In this document: piece by piece, positions 1 through 9,563 of the stretch | Position numbering within the stretch: the stretch's first letter is position 1 | How the letters are laid out: every line of letters begins with the position of its first letter | Made by a program: the position numbers and the translations under genes | NCBI GenBank assembly: GCA_040220235.1 | Contig: JAVJTO010000077.1 | Direction: 5' to 3' (one strand) | Length of the DNA: 64,000 bases | Source: Coleofasciculus sp. B1-GNL1-01 | GTDB lineage: Bacteria > Cyanobacteriota > Cyanobacteriia > Cyanobacteriales > Coleofasciculaceae | Notes under the pieces: generated by a model | Databases searched by the model: none | Told to the model about the DNA's origin: nothing | The model's input: only the letters and a program-made list of their open reading frames with translations

Positions 1-163
1 CATCTTGCTCGCTACATTAAGCATCTTGCTCGCTACATTAAGCATCTTGCTCGCTACATTAAGCATCTTGCTCGCTACATTAAGCATCTTGCTCGCTACA
101 TTAAGCATCTTGCTCGCTACATTAAGCATCTTGCTCACTACATTAAGCATCTTGCTCGCTACA
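1..163. repeat. 21-bp tandem repeat (CATCTTGCTCGCTACATTAAG), 7 full units plus a partial, running off the window start
   Basis: Units are near-identical (one has CACTAC) with no spacers; the core matches the internal palindrome of the MITE at 21204, 42392 and 56057. Confidence 0.95.
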
Positions 164-278
164 GTTGAGTCTTGACAACTGCTATCAGGGAAAATGTATC
201 ATTGCTTCCCCTACTCCCCCAGCTTCCCCAGCTCCCCCTGCTCCCTACCTCCCCACAAGACTGATTCAACCCTAAGTA

Positions 279-1616
279 TTAGCGACTCAACGAAGGAAGA
301 AAACTGACTAACTCCGGAAACACGATAATTAAGACAACAATTAGCGCCTGAAGCAAAATAAATGGAATTGCACCCCAATAAATCTCTGTCGTCTTCACCT
401 CCGGTGGGGCGACACCCCGTAAGTAAAACAGGGCAAAGCCAAAGGGCGGTGTGAGAAAGGACGTTTGTAGATTCGCCCCCAAAATAACCCCATACCAGAT
501 AAGATTCACATCGAGAGATTCCGCCACAGGAGTAAATAAAGGAACGATAATAAAGGCGATTTCAAAAAAGTCAATAAAAAAGCCTAAAATAAAAACAGTT
601 ACCATACTCACTGCCAGAAAGCCAATCTGACCTCCAGGTAAATTGGCGAGAATATCAAACATAAACTGATCGCCATTTAACCCGCGAAAGACTAAACTAA
701 ACGCCGTAGAACCCAGTAAGATAAAAATCACCATGCTGGTAATTCGTAGCGTGGCATCACAGGCTTGGCGTAACGATAACCAGCTTAACTGACGATTAGC
801 CGCCGCAAGTACCATCGCACCCACACACCCCACCGCCCCGGCTTCTGTTGGTGTAGCAAAGCCAAAAAAGATACTGCCTAAGACTAACAGAATTAATAAT
901 AACGGTGGAACCATGGCAAATAGAACTCGACGTCCTAAAGCTTTCCCGCCAATGTCACGAACCTCGGCGGGTAAAGCAGGTGCAGCACTGGGTTTTAACC
1001 ATGCCACAATCAGTACATGTACCGCAAAAGCTGTGGTCATTAATAAGCCGGGAATCAGAGAACCAATAAATAAGTCGCCAACCGAAATTCCTAATTGATC
1101 CGCTAATACAACTAAAACCACACTCGGCGGGATAATCTGTCCCAATGTCCCCGATGCCGCAATTACCCCCGTTGCCAACCGTTTATCATAGCCGTAGCGC
1201 AGCATAATCGGTAAAGAAATCAGTCCCATTGCCACCACCGTTGCAGCGACAACCCCAGTAGTTGCAGCTAATAGCGCCCCCACCAAAACCACAGCTAAGG
1301 CAAGTCCCCCCCGTAATCGCCCAAACAGAATCCCCATGGTTTCTAACAAGCGTTCAGCAATGCCAGATTTTTCCAGCATGGAACCCAAGAAAATAAAATA
1401 AGGGATTGCTAACAGGGTATAATTCGCCATGATCCCAAAAATGCGCTGGGGCATGGCAGTCAGGAAGATAGGGTCAAAGACACCCAAACTCACACCAATA
1501 ATCGCAAACGCGATCGCAACGCCTCCCAGAGAGAATGCCACAGGATAACCCAGGGACAGAAATACCAGCGCCCCGACAAACATCAAAGGACCTAACCATT
1601 CATAGTCGAGCATCAT
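279..1616 (-). CDS. dctM: TRAP transporter large permease DctM
   Basis: 445 aa, highly hydrophobic; motifs LLAIPYFI, SGTLGQIIPPS, TPTEAGAVG, LTPPFG. Confidence 0.93.
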   Translation of the reverse strand: MMLDYEWLGPLMFVGALVFLSLGYPVAFSLGGVAIAFAIIGVSLGVFDPIFLTAMPQRIFGIMANYTLLAIPYFIFLGSMLEKSGIAERLLETMGILFGRLRGGLALAVVLVGALLAATTGVVAATVVAMGLISLPIMLRYGYDKRLATGVIAASGTLGQIIPPSVVLVVLADQLGISVGDLFIGSLIPGLLMTTAFAVHVLIVAWLKPSAAPALPAEVRDIGGKALGRRVLFAMVPPLLLILLVLGSIFFGFATPTEAGAVGCVGAMVLAAANRQLSWLSLRQACDATLRITSMVIFILLGSTAFSLVFRGLNGDQFMFDILANLPGGQIGFLAVSMVTVFILGFFIDFFEIAFIIVPLFTPVAESLDVNLIWYGVILGANLQTSFLTPPFGFALFYLRGVAPPEVKTTEIYWGAIPFILLQALIVVLIIVFPELVSFLPSLSR

Positions 1617-2154
1617 GATGTTCCTCCTGGGGTGTAAGATAGCCTGTGAAAATTGCCCAGTTTTTTATCGCTTGGGAAATCCCTTGCAGAATCAAGAGGA
1701 CAAAGCTGACAATAATCATGGATTTGATCGGATAGCGGGGTAATCCCCCCGGATCAGGAGACATTTCCCGAATTGCCCAGGAATTGAGAATGGTTCCCCA
1801 GGAGAAATAAATCACCATTAAACAAAAGGGAATCAAGAATAACAGCGTACCGATTAAATCAGCTAAGGCTTTCCATTTCGGTGACCAACCTTTATGGAAC
1901 ACATCCACCCGCACATGTTCATCATGGCGCAGGGCGTAGGCGGCACCCAAGAGGAATACCAAGTCAAATAAATACCATTGACCTTCGATAAAGGCATTGG
2001 AACTGAGGTTTTGACCGACGAAATAGCCAATATAGCGTCCGGCAACATTCCAGGTACCGATCGCGATCATTAATAATACTAGCCAGTAGGTTAGGCGACC
2101 AACCCATTCGTTGAAGGCATCGATGAGTCGGGAAATCTGTAATAATTGCTGCAA
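1600..2154 (-). CDS. dctQ: TRAP transporter small permease DctQ
   Basis: Four TM segments, HVRVD motif, overlaps dctM start. Confidence 0.9.
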   Translation of the reverse strand: MQQLLQISRLIDAFNEWVGRLTYWLVLLMIAIGTWNVAGRYIGYFVGQNLSSNAFIEGQWYLFDLVFLLGAAYALRHDEHVRVDVFHKGWSPKWKALADLIGTLLFLIPFCLMVIYFSWGTILNSWAIREMSPDPGGLPRYPIKSMIIVSFVLLILQGISQAIKNWAIFTGYLTPQEEHHDARL

Positions 2155-2256
2155 GGCTTACGGCGTCTCCTGAAGCTACACCAGATGTGTATTTTACCCC
2201 CACTGTTGCTAGGAATATAGCACCAAGCCAGGAACTTTTGCCTTTTTCCGAGGAAT

Positions 2257-2325
2257 GGGGGAGATGAGGGAGATAGGGGAGATGAGGGAGATGAGGGAGA
2301 TGGGGGAGATGAGGGAGATGGGGAA
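2257..2325. repeat. 9-bp tandem repeat (GGGAGATGA-like) followed by a GTAGGGGCG REP-like palindrome (2332-2394)
   Basis: Directly visible repeat units; GGGGCGGGTTT...AAACCCGCCCC inverted pair. Confidence 0.85.
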
Positions 2326-2418
2326 GATTGTGTAGGGGCGGGTTTCACGACTATCTTTTCGGTTGCACCCAGATGTAAATAAACCCGCCCCGACTAAATG
2401 ACCAATGACCAATGACCA

Positions 2419-3285
2419 ATGACCAATGACAAATCAATGCTCGGTGTAATTCGGAAAGTTAGTAAAATTAGACGCTGGTTGCCCATAAATGAAAAGTGGT
2501 GGGTCAAATTTGACCTACTGCGGACATTAGTGCGTCGAGATTTGGAGGCACGCTATAAGGGTTCGGTATTGGGGAATTTGTGGCCCCTGCTCAATCAACT
2601 GTCTCAGTTGCTGATTTATACCTACGTGTTTTCCATTGTCCTAAAGGTGAAACTTAGTCTTAAGGGATTACCTGCGGATAACAATATTGCCTTTGGTTTA
2701 TGGTTATTTGCTGGGTTATTACCATGGATTGCTTTTACTGGCGGGTTAACCCAATCGGCAGGTTCGGTAGTCGGACAACCCAATTTGGTGAAAAAGGTGG
2801 TGTTTCCCTTGGCACTGTTGCCACTGGTCCCCGTCTTATCCACATTTATTGAAAGTGCCTTGGGGTTAGCCGCATTGATTGTGTTAGTGGCGATATCCTC
2901 AGGAACATTACATCCCACGTTAGCGTTATTGCCTTTAGTGTGGTTAACCCAGTTGTTATTAACCGCCGGATTAGGGTATTTAGCAGCCGGGTTAACCGTA
3001 TTTTTGCGAGATATTCCCCAGACATTAGGGGTGATTTTAAATCTTTGGTTTTATATGACACCGATTGTCTATCCCGCTTCAGTGATTCCAGAACGCTTCC
3101 GAGATTGGGTGTTTTGGTTGAATCCCCTGGCGGTGATTGCTCAAGTTTATCGGGATTTGGTATTGGTTGGGTCAGTGGAACATGGGTTAGAATGGGCAGT
3201 CGCGTTTGCTGTTTCTGGGGTAGTGTTTGGTGTAGGGCTTTGGTGTTATCAGAAATTGCGTCCCGCGTTTGCAGATGTATTATAG
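2419..3285 (+). CDS. wzm: ABC-2 polysaccharide export permease (Wzm/RfbA-like)
   Basis: RDLEARYKGSVLG, NLVKKVVFP, FYMTPIVYP, LNPL motifs; the first codons overlap a heptamer array, so the start may be the downstream ATG. Confidence 0.88.
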   Translation: MTNDKSMLGVIRKVSKIRRWLPINEKWWVKFDLLRTLVRRDLEARYKGSVLGNLWPLLNQLSQLLIYTYVFSIVLKVKLSLKGLPADNNIAFGLWLFAGLLPWIAFTGGLTQSAGSVVGQPNLVKKVVFPLALLPLVPVLSTFIESALGLAALIVLVAISSGTLHPTLALLPLVWLTQLLLTAGLGYLAAGLTVFLRDIPQTLGVILNLWFYMTPIVYPASVIPERFRDWVFWLNPLAVIAQVYRDLVLVGSVEHGLEWAVAFAVSGVVFGVGLWCYQKLRPAFADVL

Positions 3286-3332
3286 AGCGTTCAATCTGGC
3301 AAGTCGCCCCTACCGTATTTTGGGGTAGGCAA

Positions 3333-3812
3333 TTATTCTTGAGCAATTTGTAAAATTCGTTGGTAAAGATTATTAGTCATCCAAAAACCCGCTTCATTGA
3401 TTAAAGCATCTAAAAAAGGACGCACGACTGGAATCAATCCTTGGTTTTTTGCCCGAAGTAGCACACCTAAAATACCTTGTACCTGTAAGCCATAACGCCT
3501 AGCAACCTGTACTCCCCGACGTTCATCTAACATGATTAAAGTCGCTTGTTGTTCGACAGCAAGTGCAATAGCTGCCGCTTCACCCGGATCGAGTTCCGAT
3601 TGTAATTGAACGACAAATTCCTGATTGACTACCGTAACCGTTTCTATCCAATTAAGCGTTTGAACTTCTACAGTTCCTGGTACATTAAACCTTGTCAGTT
3701 CTGCGTAAACAGCTTGTGAAATCAGAATTGTGCCGTAGAGTTGGTAGAGTAGATCAAGCTGTGCGATCGCGGCTAAATTGGTAATCGGTGAGGTATTACT
3801 AACAATAGTCAA
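3333..3812 (-). CDS. DUF3368 PIN-like putative toxin
   Basis: IVSNTSPI N-terminus, LDPGEAAAIALA, LDERRG, GILGVL. Confidence 0.85.
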   Translation of the reverse strand: MTIVSNTSPITNLAAIAQLDLLYQLYGTILISQAVYAELTRFNVPGTVEVQTLNWIETVTVVNQEFVVQLQSELDPGEAAAIALAVEQQATLIMLDERRGVQVARRYGLQVQGILGVLLRAKNQGLIPVVRPFLDALINEAGFWMTNNLYQRILQIAQE

Positions 3813-4054
3813 AGATAACCCATCTCCCGCATCATTGCCACCTCAGCATCCAATTCCGGCACATCATAATGCACAGGAATCTGACGACTTGCGAGCAGCT
3901 TTTGAAAGTGCAAACGGGGCAAATTTGCCAATCGACTGGCTTGCGCTAATGTCAAGCGTTCCTGCTGAAACAACAGAATGGCAATTTCTTGTAACATCTC
4001 TACATCCGAGAGTTGGGCAATGTTCAGAACTTCATCGGGAATAACAACAGCCAT
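3809..4054 (-). CDS. UPF0175 family putative antitoxin
   Basis: EIAILLFQQERLTLAQASRLA...LASRQIPVHYD; overlaps the DUF3368 start; ATG of MAVVIP preferred over the upstream ORF start at 4111. Confidence 0.82.
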   Translation of the reverse strand: MAVVIPDEVLNIAQLSDVEMLQEIAILLFQQERLTLAQASRLANLPRLHFQKLLASRQIPVHYDVPELDAEVAMMREMGYL

Positions 4055-4170
4055 CGCGTAAACTTTAGATTCATTCAATCCTATTGTAAAGACAAGGGGT
4101 TTGGAAACCAAATCCCTACGGTTTGGGTTTGTCTGTCAATTTTGATAGAATCAGCGCGATCGCATTCCTC

Positions 4171-4903
4171 CTAAACCACGACAAAATCGGCGATACTGAC
4201 TTGATTGGCTTGTACGCCGATTAACAGGGCTAAGACTTCCCCACTCTGCTGCATCTGAATTACAGCAGTTTTCAAGTTAGTAGACTACAGACAATCATTG
4301 CGCTGAAAAGCAAGCCGATACAATTTTGTATTCCATAAACGTGAAAAGCGCTGTAAGGTGGTACTTCCCATACCCATCAGATTAAGCTGATTGAAACTTA
4401 ACCCTCCGGCTAACCCTAAGACATCTTCCCCAGGGTTAAAGTCAAACAGGGTATCGCTTCCCTCACCGACTCGTAAAATAAACTGATCCGCCCCGTTATT
4501 TCCATAGAGTTTATCCGCGCCAGCGCCGCCATCGAGGGTATCATCGCCGTCTCCGCCAACCAGGATATCGGCGTCACCTTCTCCGAGGAGAAAATCATTT
4601 CCCGTATCACCAAATAAGCGATCGCGATCGCCTCCGCCATAGAGGATATCATTATCCTCGTCACCGCGTATGATATCTTCCCCGCTATTGCCGAAGAGGA
4701 TATCATCACCGGAATTGCCGAATAGTTGGTCATTACCGTCGCCGCCTTCTACCGTATCATGTCCGACTCCCCCTTCCATGCGATCGCGTCCAGCTAAAAG
4801 AAATTGCAGTATCTTCGTTACCAATTTTATTAATAGTGCTGAGAATCGGCGCATCATTCACCCCAGTAATCGTTACGGTGACAGTGGCGGTATCAGTTCC
4901 CTG
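4171..4903 (-). pseudogene. Remnant of an RTX Ca-binding / Ig-like repeat adhesin; 5'-truncated, frame-shifted and MITE-interrupted
   Basis: GGxGxD repeats (GGDGNDQL, GNSGDDIL); GTDTATVTVTITGVNDAP...NEDTAISFS upstream in another frame; C-terminus restored in frame when 4263-4353 plus one TA is removed. Confidence 0.8.
4263..4353. mobile_element. 91-bp MITE with TA duplication (family A)
   Basis: TA-CAGCAGTTTTCA...TGAAAAGCGCTG-TA; related copy at 21071-21161. Confidence 0.85.
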
Positions 4904-4904
4904 G

Positions 4905-5335
4905 TGTAGGGGCTGTAGGGGCGAGTCGCTACATTAATGTTCGGTGTGAGAATTAACCTATACCGACTCGCCCCTGTACCAATGTTGTGTTAGTTTTTAC
5001 CAATACCCGGCGGCGGGCGACCCGATTAAATTAAAGGTTAGGTGATGTTAATTGAATCCGGCGGGTCGCCCCTACGAGAATACCAACGGTTTCGGGGTTT
5101 ACTGCGTGATTGTCAGGATGATTGGGATTATTGGAATTGGCGGAATTATTGCGGTTGTCGGGGGTAAAGGGTAGGGGCTGTAGGGGCGAGTCGCTGCATC
5201 AATGTTGGGTGTAAGAATTAACCTATATCGACTCGCCCTTTTCTCAATTCGGTGTCACATCGATACCGGGCGGCGGGCGACCCGATATCATTAAAGGTTG
5301 GGTGATGTTGATTGAATCCGGCGGGTCGCCCCTAC
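4905..5335. repeat. Two direct copies (~165-170 bp) of a composite GTAG-type REP module
   Basis: GTAGGGGCTGTAGGGGCGAGTCG...CGACTCGCCC and GGGCGACCCG...CGGGTCGCCCCTAC at about 4905-5075 and 5171-5335. Confidence 0.85.
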
Positions 5336-5541
5336 AATTGTTTTTATGTACGCGATGCACAATTAAACAATTTCTCAACTGGCACAATAATAAACGAATA
5401 GTTGATACGATTTTCCGACTCTTTGGGTCATACAATACCTGTGCAATTCCACAAACTGTCCCGTTGTCCCTAAATTATCAGCGAAGCGATTCCTATTCTT
5501 GAATAAATTGAATTCACCGATTCTTGATGAAGAAAGGAACT

Positions 5542-5823
5542 ATGGAATCACCGTTTAACAATCAAATCCACAGTAACGCTTGGGTATTTCAAACCTGGGC
5601 TTCTTTTATTATTTCCGTCTCGGCTATGAGTATCGGGATTTTATATCTACCTGTCGATAGTTGGACAAAAGGTTTTATGGGAATGGGGTTAGCCTTCTCC
5701 GTTGGTTCAACCATTAGCCTTGCCAAAACCACCCGTGATATTCACGAATCGAAACGCATTATCTCCAGAGTAGATGAAGCGAGAATCGAAAAATTACTCA
5801 ACGAAAATCATCCGCTGAAATAA
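5542..5823 (+). CDS. YiaA/YiaB family inner membrane protein
   Basis: Two TM helices, LPVDSWTKGFMGMG...SLAKTTRD; AAAGGAA SD before the ATG at 5542. Confidence 0.8.
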   Translation: MESPFNNQIHSNAWVFQTWASFIISVSAMSIGILYLPVDSWTKGFMGMGLAFSVGSTISLAKTTRDIHESKRIISRVDEARIEKLLNENHPLK

Positions 5824-6121
5824 GGAGGAGATGTAGATTATTCCCAGTTCCAAATTGCCCCGTATCGTTTGTAGGGGCGCAAGGCTTGCGCCCTTCAATC
5901 TGTGCGCCTTGTGAACTACGTACTATACCGAATCCGTCATACATAACCCTTTTATGTCCAGATTGTTCCAGACGTTGTATGCAACGTCTCTACAGGGTTT
6001 TGGCGATTTCATCTAAAATTATTGCCGATGGGCGCACGCCGTGCGCCCCTACAAACATAATAAAAAACCTCAATGGCAATAACCATCGAGGATTTATCGA
6101 CTAAAGACTGTAATAAACACC

Positions 6122-6577
6122 CTATTGTTTTGGGCTTGACTTTGACTTATATTGCTTAATCGCTTTCTTGCGCCGCATTTTGGTCGCCACGACAGCCGAC
6201 TCAATCGGAAATCCCGCCACGGGAATAACCTGAAACTGTCGCTCGTCTTCTAGCTGCTTAAGTTCGGTGTAGTCTACCCAGTGGATACAATTGACTGGAC
6301 AGGTGTCAATCGCTTCTTGGATTAAGTCTTCTGGGTCACCATCTTGGCGAAAGGCACGCGCTCGCCCATGATCTGGCTCGATGTAAAATGTATTGTGAGC
6401 TGTATGGGCACAATGCTTACAGCCAATACAGGTAATTTCATCGACATAAACACCTTTCTGCCGCAGCTCACCACCGAGTTCAGGTTCTAAACCTGACCGT
6501 TCCGGTGCATCTCGGAAGACGCCGCCGAGTTCGGGTTCTAACCCTGAACGCTCTGGTGTCGGGGAGAAATCAGACAT
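6122..6577 (-). CDS. Bacterial-type 4Fe-4S ferredoxin (Fed7-like)
   Basis: CIGCKHC...CPVNCI; duplicated RSGLEPELGG N-terminal motif. Confidence 0.88.
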   Translation of the reverse strand: MSDFSPTPERSGLEPELGGVFRDAPERSGLEPELGGELRQKGVYVDEITCIGCKHCAHTAHNTFYIEPDHGRARAFRQDGDPEDLIQEAIDTCPVNCIHWVDYTELKQLEDERQFQVIPVAGFPIESAVVATKMRRKKAIKQYKSKSSPKQ

Positions 6578-6963
6578 TACGCACTCCAGCGTTGGACAAC
6601 TAAACGGATAGAACCGTCTTGATTATTTTCCTGTTGAGCAACTTGAAACCCTTGCTTGGCAGTTTCACTCATTACGGTATGAAACGCATACCGCTGGGTG
6701 ATGCGGTTGAGGAAACCCTCTACGGATAACGGCTGTTGCCAGTATTGGAGGTCAGCAACTAGCTCGTATTCTTTACCATTCCAAGCAAAACCAACATCGT
6801 AGTTATTGTCTTGTTCGATAACCACTTCGGCGGTTCTGGTTTGACCCTGATACCCACGCACTTGACTCGGACCAGCTTTCCAATCGACGCCAAGGTCTGT
6901 TAATGCTGATTGTAAAGAGGTCAGATTGCGGATTTGAGTTTTTATGTTGCTGAAATGTGACAT
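6577..6963 (-). CDS. ycf35: DUF1257 / Ycf35 family protein
   Basis: MSHFSNIKTQIR start, DLQYWQQ, DGSIRLVVQRW end. Confidence 0.85.
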   Translation of the reverse strand: MSHFSNIKTQIRNLTSLQSALTDLGVDWKAGPSQVRGYQGQTRTAEVVIEQDNNYDVGFAWNGKEYELVADLQYWQQPLSVEGFLNRITQRYAFHTVMSETAKQGFQVAQQENNQDGSIRLVVQRWSA

Positions 6964-6995
6964 TTTGGTTAAATTCGCTAATTGAACAAAAAAAC

Positions 6996-7205
6996 TTACC
7001 AAGCGCTATAGGTCGCTTGAGCGGTTGCTGTTGCCGACTGCTGAGTCGGTTGGGTAAAGTATTCTGATGTTTGCTCCATCGAGACGACTTGCCCCAACTG
7101 AGCTTCAATGGCAGCAGTCACTTCTGCACAAGAGGCACCAACGATACCCGTGACTTTCTCTTGCACTCGACCATCTGGATAAATGACAAATTCTAAGGTT
7201 TCCAT
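6996..7205 (-). CDS. DUF2997 family protein
   Basis: METLEFVIYPDGRVQEKVTGIVGASC; typical position upstream of DUF1257. Confidence 0.85.
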   Translation of the reverse strand: METLEFVIYPDGRVQEKVTGIVGASCAEVTAAIEAQLGQVVSMEQTSEYFTQPTQQSATATAQATYSAW

Positions 7206-7590
7206 CTGTTTGTTAACGGTTGGGTCAGTCCTCCAGTTCTGGGCTGTAACACCAATTAAGCGACAGCCTCTGAGACTACACGACAAGCTATCTCGCCAGT
7301 TGAGCAGTCTCTCGTTATTATTCGCATCATAGCGAATTAAACCTTAACAGAAATTAATACTTGATTAGTATTTTACACTAATCTTTTGTTAAGTTTCGCG
7401 TATCTTGCTCTCCCAGTCAAGCGGCAGGATTGCCCAAATCGCGTTCTTAACAAAAATATACATGGGGATGAGGCACAGGGAAGATGGGGGAGATGGGGAA
7501 GCAGAGGAAGCTGGGGAAGCAGAGGAAGCTGGGGGAGCGGGGGAAGCGGTGAGAGATAATAAAGGTTTGTGTGATTCAAGGTGTATCGCT

Positions 7591-8616
7591 ATGAGTGAGA
7601 CGCATAAGGCGAATTTGATGGATTCTACGGAAAACAAACCTGTTCGAGTCGGTATTTTAGGCTTTGGCGGATTAGGACAAGCGGCGGCTAGAGTGCTGGC
7701 TGGTAAACAGGAAATGATTTGGGTTGCTGCTGCTGATAAACAAGGCTGGGCTTATGATGCAACTGGGCTAGATCCCGATCGCGCGATCGCCACCTATCAT
7801 AATCAAGGGTCACTGGGGTATCTCGAACCCTCCGGCACTCTCAGCAATAACACGATTGCCGACTTAATCGAAAATGCGGCAGTGGATGGATATTTCCTTG
7901 CCCTACCTAATTTGCCGAATACATTTATGGCATCGGTTGCCCGCCAGTTTATCCAATCAGGATGGCGGGGGGTACTGGTAGACGCCCTCAAGCGTACCAG
8001 CGCCGTAGAACAGTTACTCGCCATGAAAGACGAACTCCAAGAAGCGGGAATCACCTACATGGCGGGATGTGGTGCCACACCCGGACTGTTAACGGCGGCG
8101 GCAGCGATCGCGGCTCAAAGCTATGCTGAAATACACAGCGTTAAAATTACCTTTGGTGTCGGTATTGCCAATTGGGAAGCCTATCGTGCCACGATTCGAG
8201 AAGATATTGCCCATCTTCCCGGCTACGATGTGGAACAGGCACGTCAGATGAGTGATGCGGATGTAGAAGCGCTCTTGGATCAAACCAACGGCATCCTCAC
8301 CTTAGAGAATATGGAACATGCCGATGATATCATGTTGGAATTAGCCGGGATATGTTCACGCGATCGCGTCACCGTCGGCGGTGTTGTTGATACTCGCAAT
8401 CCTAAAAAACCCTTAAGTACCAATGTCCAGATAACCGGACGTACCTTTGAGGGCAAAATCTCCACCCATACCTTTACCCTCGGTGACGAAACCAGTATGG
8501 CGGCTAATGTCTGTGGTCCAGCCTTTGGCTACCTGAAGACCGGGATATCATTACATCAACGAGGTCTTGACGGTTTATTTACAGCGGCTGAAGTGATGCC
8601 CCACTTTGTTCGATAG
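7591..8616 (+). CDS. bioU: (S)-8-amino-7-oxononanoate synthase BioU (saccharopine dehydrogenase-like)
   Basis: GFGGLG Rossmann motif, [21 protein letters not shown]; the upstream ORF extension is translated nonamer repeats. Confidence 0.82.
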   Translation: MSETHKANLMDSTENKPVRVGILGFGGLGQAAARVLAGKQEMIWVAAADKQGWAYDATGLDPDRAIATYHNQGSLGYLEPSGTLSNNTIADLIENAAVDGYFLALPNLPNTFMASVARQFIQSGWRGVLVDALKRTSAVEQLLAMKDELQEAGITYMAGCGATPGLLTAAAAIAAQSYAEIHSVKITFGVGIANWEAYRATIREDIAHLPGYDVEQARQMSDADVEALLDQTNGILTLENMEHADDIMLELAGICSRDRVTVGGVVDTRNPKKPLSTNVQITGRTFEGKISTHTFTLGDETSMAANVCGPAFGYLKTGISLHQRGLDGLFTAAEVMPHFVR

Positions 8617-8703
8617 TCATTGGTCATTGGTCATTTGTCCTTTGTCATTCGTTGATTGAGAAATTCCTCCCCCATCTCCCCCATTTCCCCAATCTCCCCT
8701 GTA

Positions 8704-9288
8704 CTAAGCAGGTGGACGTTCAGTCGAGAAGCTTTCTGATTTTTCCTCTTCCATCACATAATCTGGACTCTGCATGACAAAAGGTAAATTAGCCCCCAGT
8801 AAACCCCGTTGAATCCGTTGGGGTGTTTCCGGGAAGATTACAAACAACGGATAAATCCGGTCAACACCTTCACTAAGAATATGTTGATGGCGGGGGGGCA
8901 TCAACCATTCATAATCTTTGTCTAGCAACACTTGTGTCTGACGCCAGCGACTCAATAAATGAGAAAAATCCTCATGGGGGCGATGAATGAAAATGAGAAT
9001 TTCCACCCCCATTTTTATTTTCCATTCCGGGTCACACATCAACATGGCAACATCACAAGGTAAGCCAACCGTTCCATTCAAGCTGTTTAGATTAGCATGT
9101 CCTGTTGATGATTGGAGATGGCGCAGGCGCACAATAGGTAGAGGAATCGTGATCACACTTTCTGAGGGGCGGCGCATACTCGGAATCATTTCCAAGTAAG
9201 GTCGATGTTGCTTCAGAAGCGCCAACGCCCCCTCATGGTGGCTATATTCGGCTAAACTTGTTTCGTAATTAGATGGCTTAACTGGCAT
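8704..9288 (-). CDS. Conserved hypothetical protein downstream of pilC
   Basis: 194-aa ORF with normal composition; family not named. Confidence 0.65.
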   Translation of the reverse strand: MPVKPSNYETSLAEYSHHEGALALLKQHRPYLEMIPSMRRPSESVITIPLPIVRLRHLQSSTGHANLNSLNGTVGLPCDVAMLMCDPEWKIKMGVEILIFIHRPHEDFSHLLSRWRQTQVLLDKDYEWLMPPRHQHILSEGVDRIYPLFVIFPETPQRIQRGLLGANLPFVMQSPDYVMEEEKSESFSTERPPA

Positions 9289-9563
9289 TTGTAAATAAGT
9301 AGCGATTTACTAACGTCTTATGGACTCGTTTAAATACTCTTCACGAACCGTAGTGGAGGATCAGTAGAGGTTGCTCAGGTTGCTAGTACCGTTCCCTGGG
9401 AATTCACGCATTCAAAATGCTTTCCTTATCGGCGTTTCAGTAATGCGTGAAGGATAAGTTTTTTTTCGTCATGCTGTACGAGTAGCTGAATCAACACGGC
9501 AAATCCTCTACCATCAAAAGGTTGTAGGAATGGACACCCCATATCCTGGAAATGCTGCCCAAT

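Noticed and set aside
1..163. Possible CRISPR array
   Set aside because: Units are contiguous with no unique spacers, and no cas genes are in the window
2091..2412. Low-complexity ORFs (SPSSP, ISLISP)
   Set aside because: Repeat-derived open frames
6470..6560. Duplicated RSGLEPELGG motif in the ferredoxin
   Set aside because: As recalled, this is a conserved feature of this cyanobacterial ferredoxin family rather than a local novelty
7373..7637. Short ORFs and the N-terminal extension of bioU
   Set aside because: They are translations of G-rich nonamer repeats that lack stop codons
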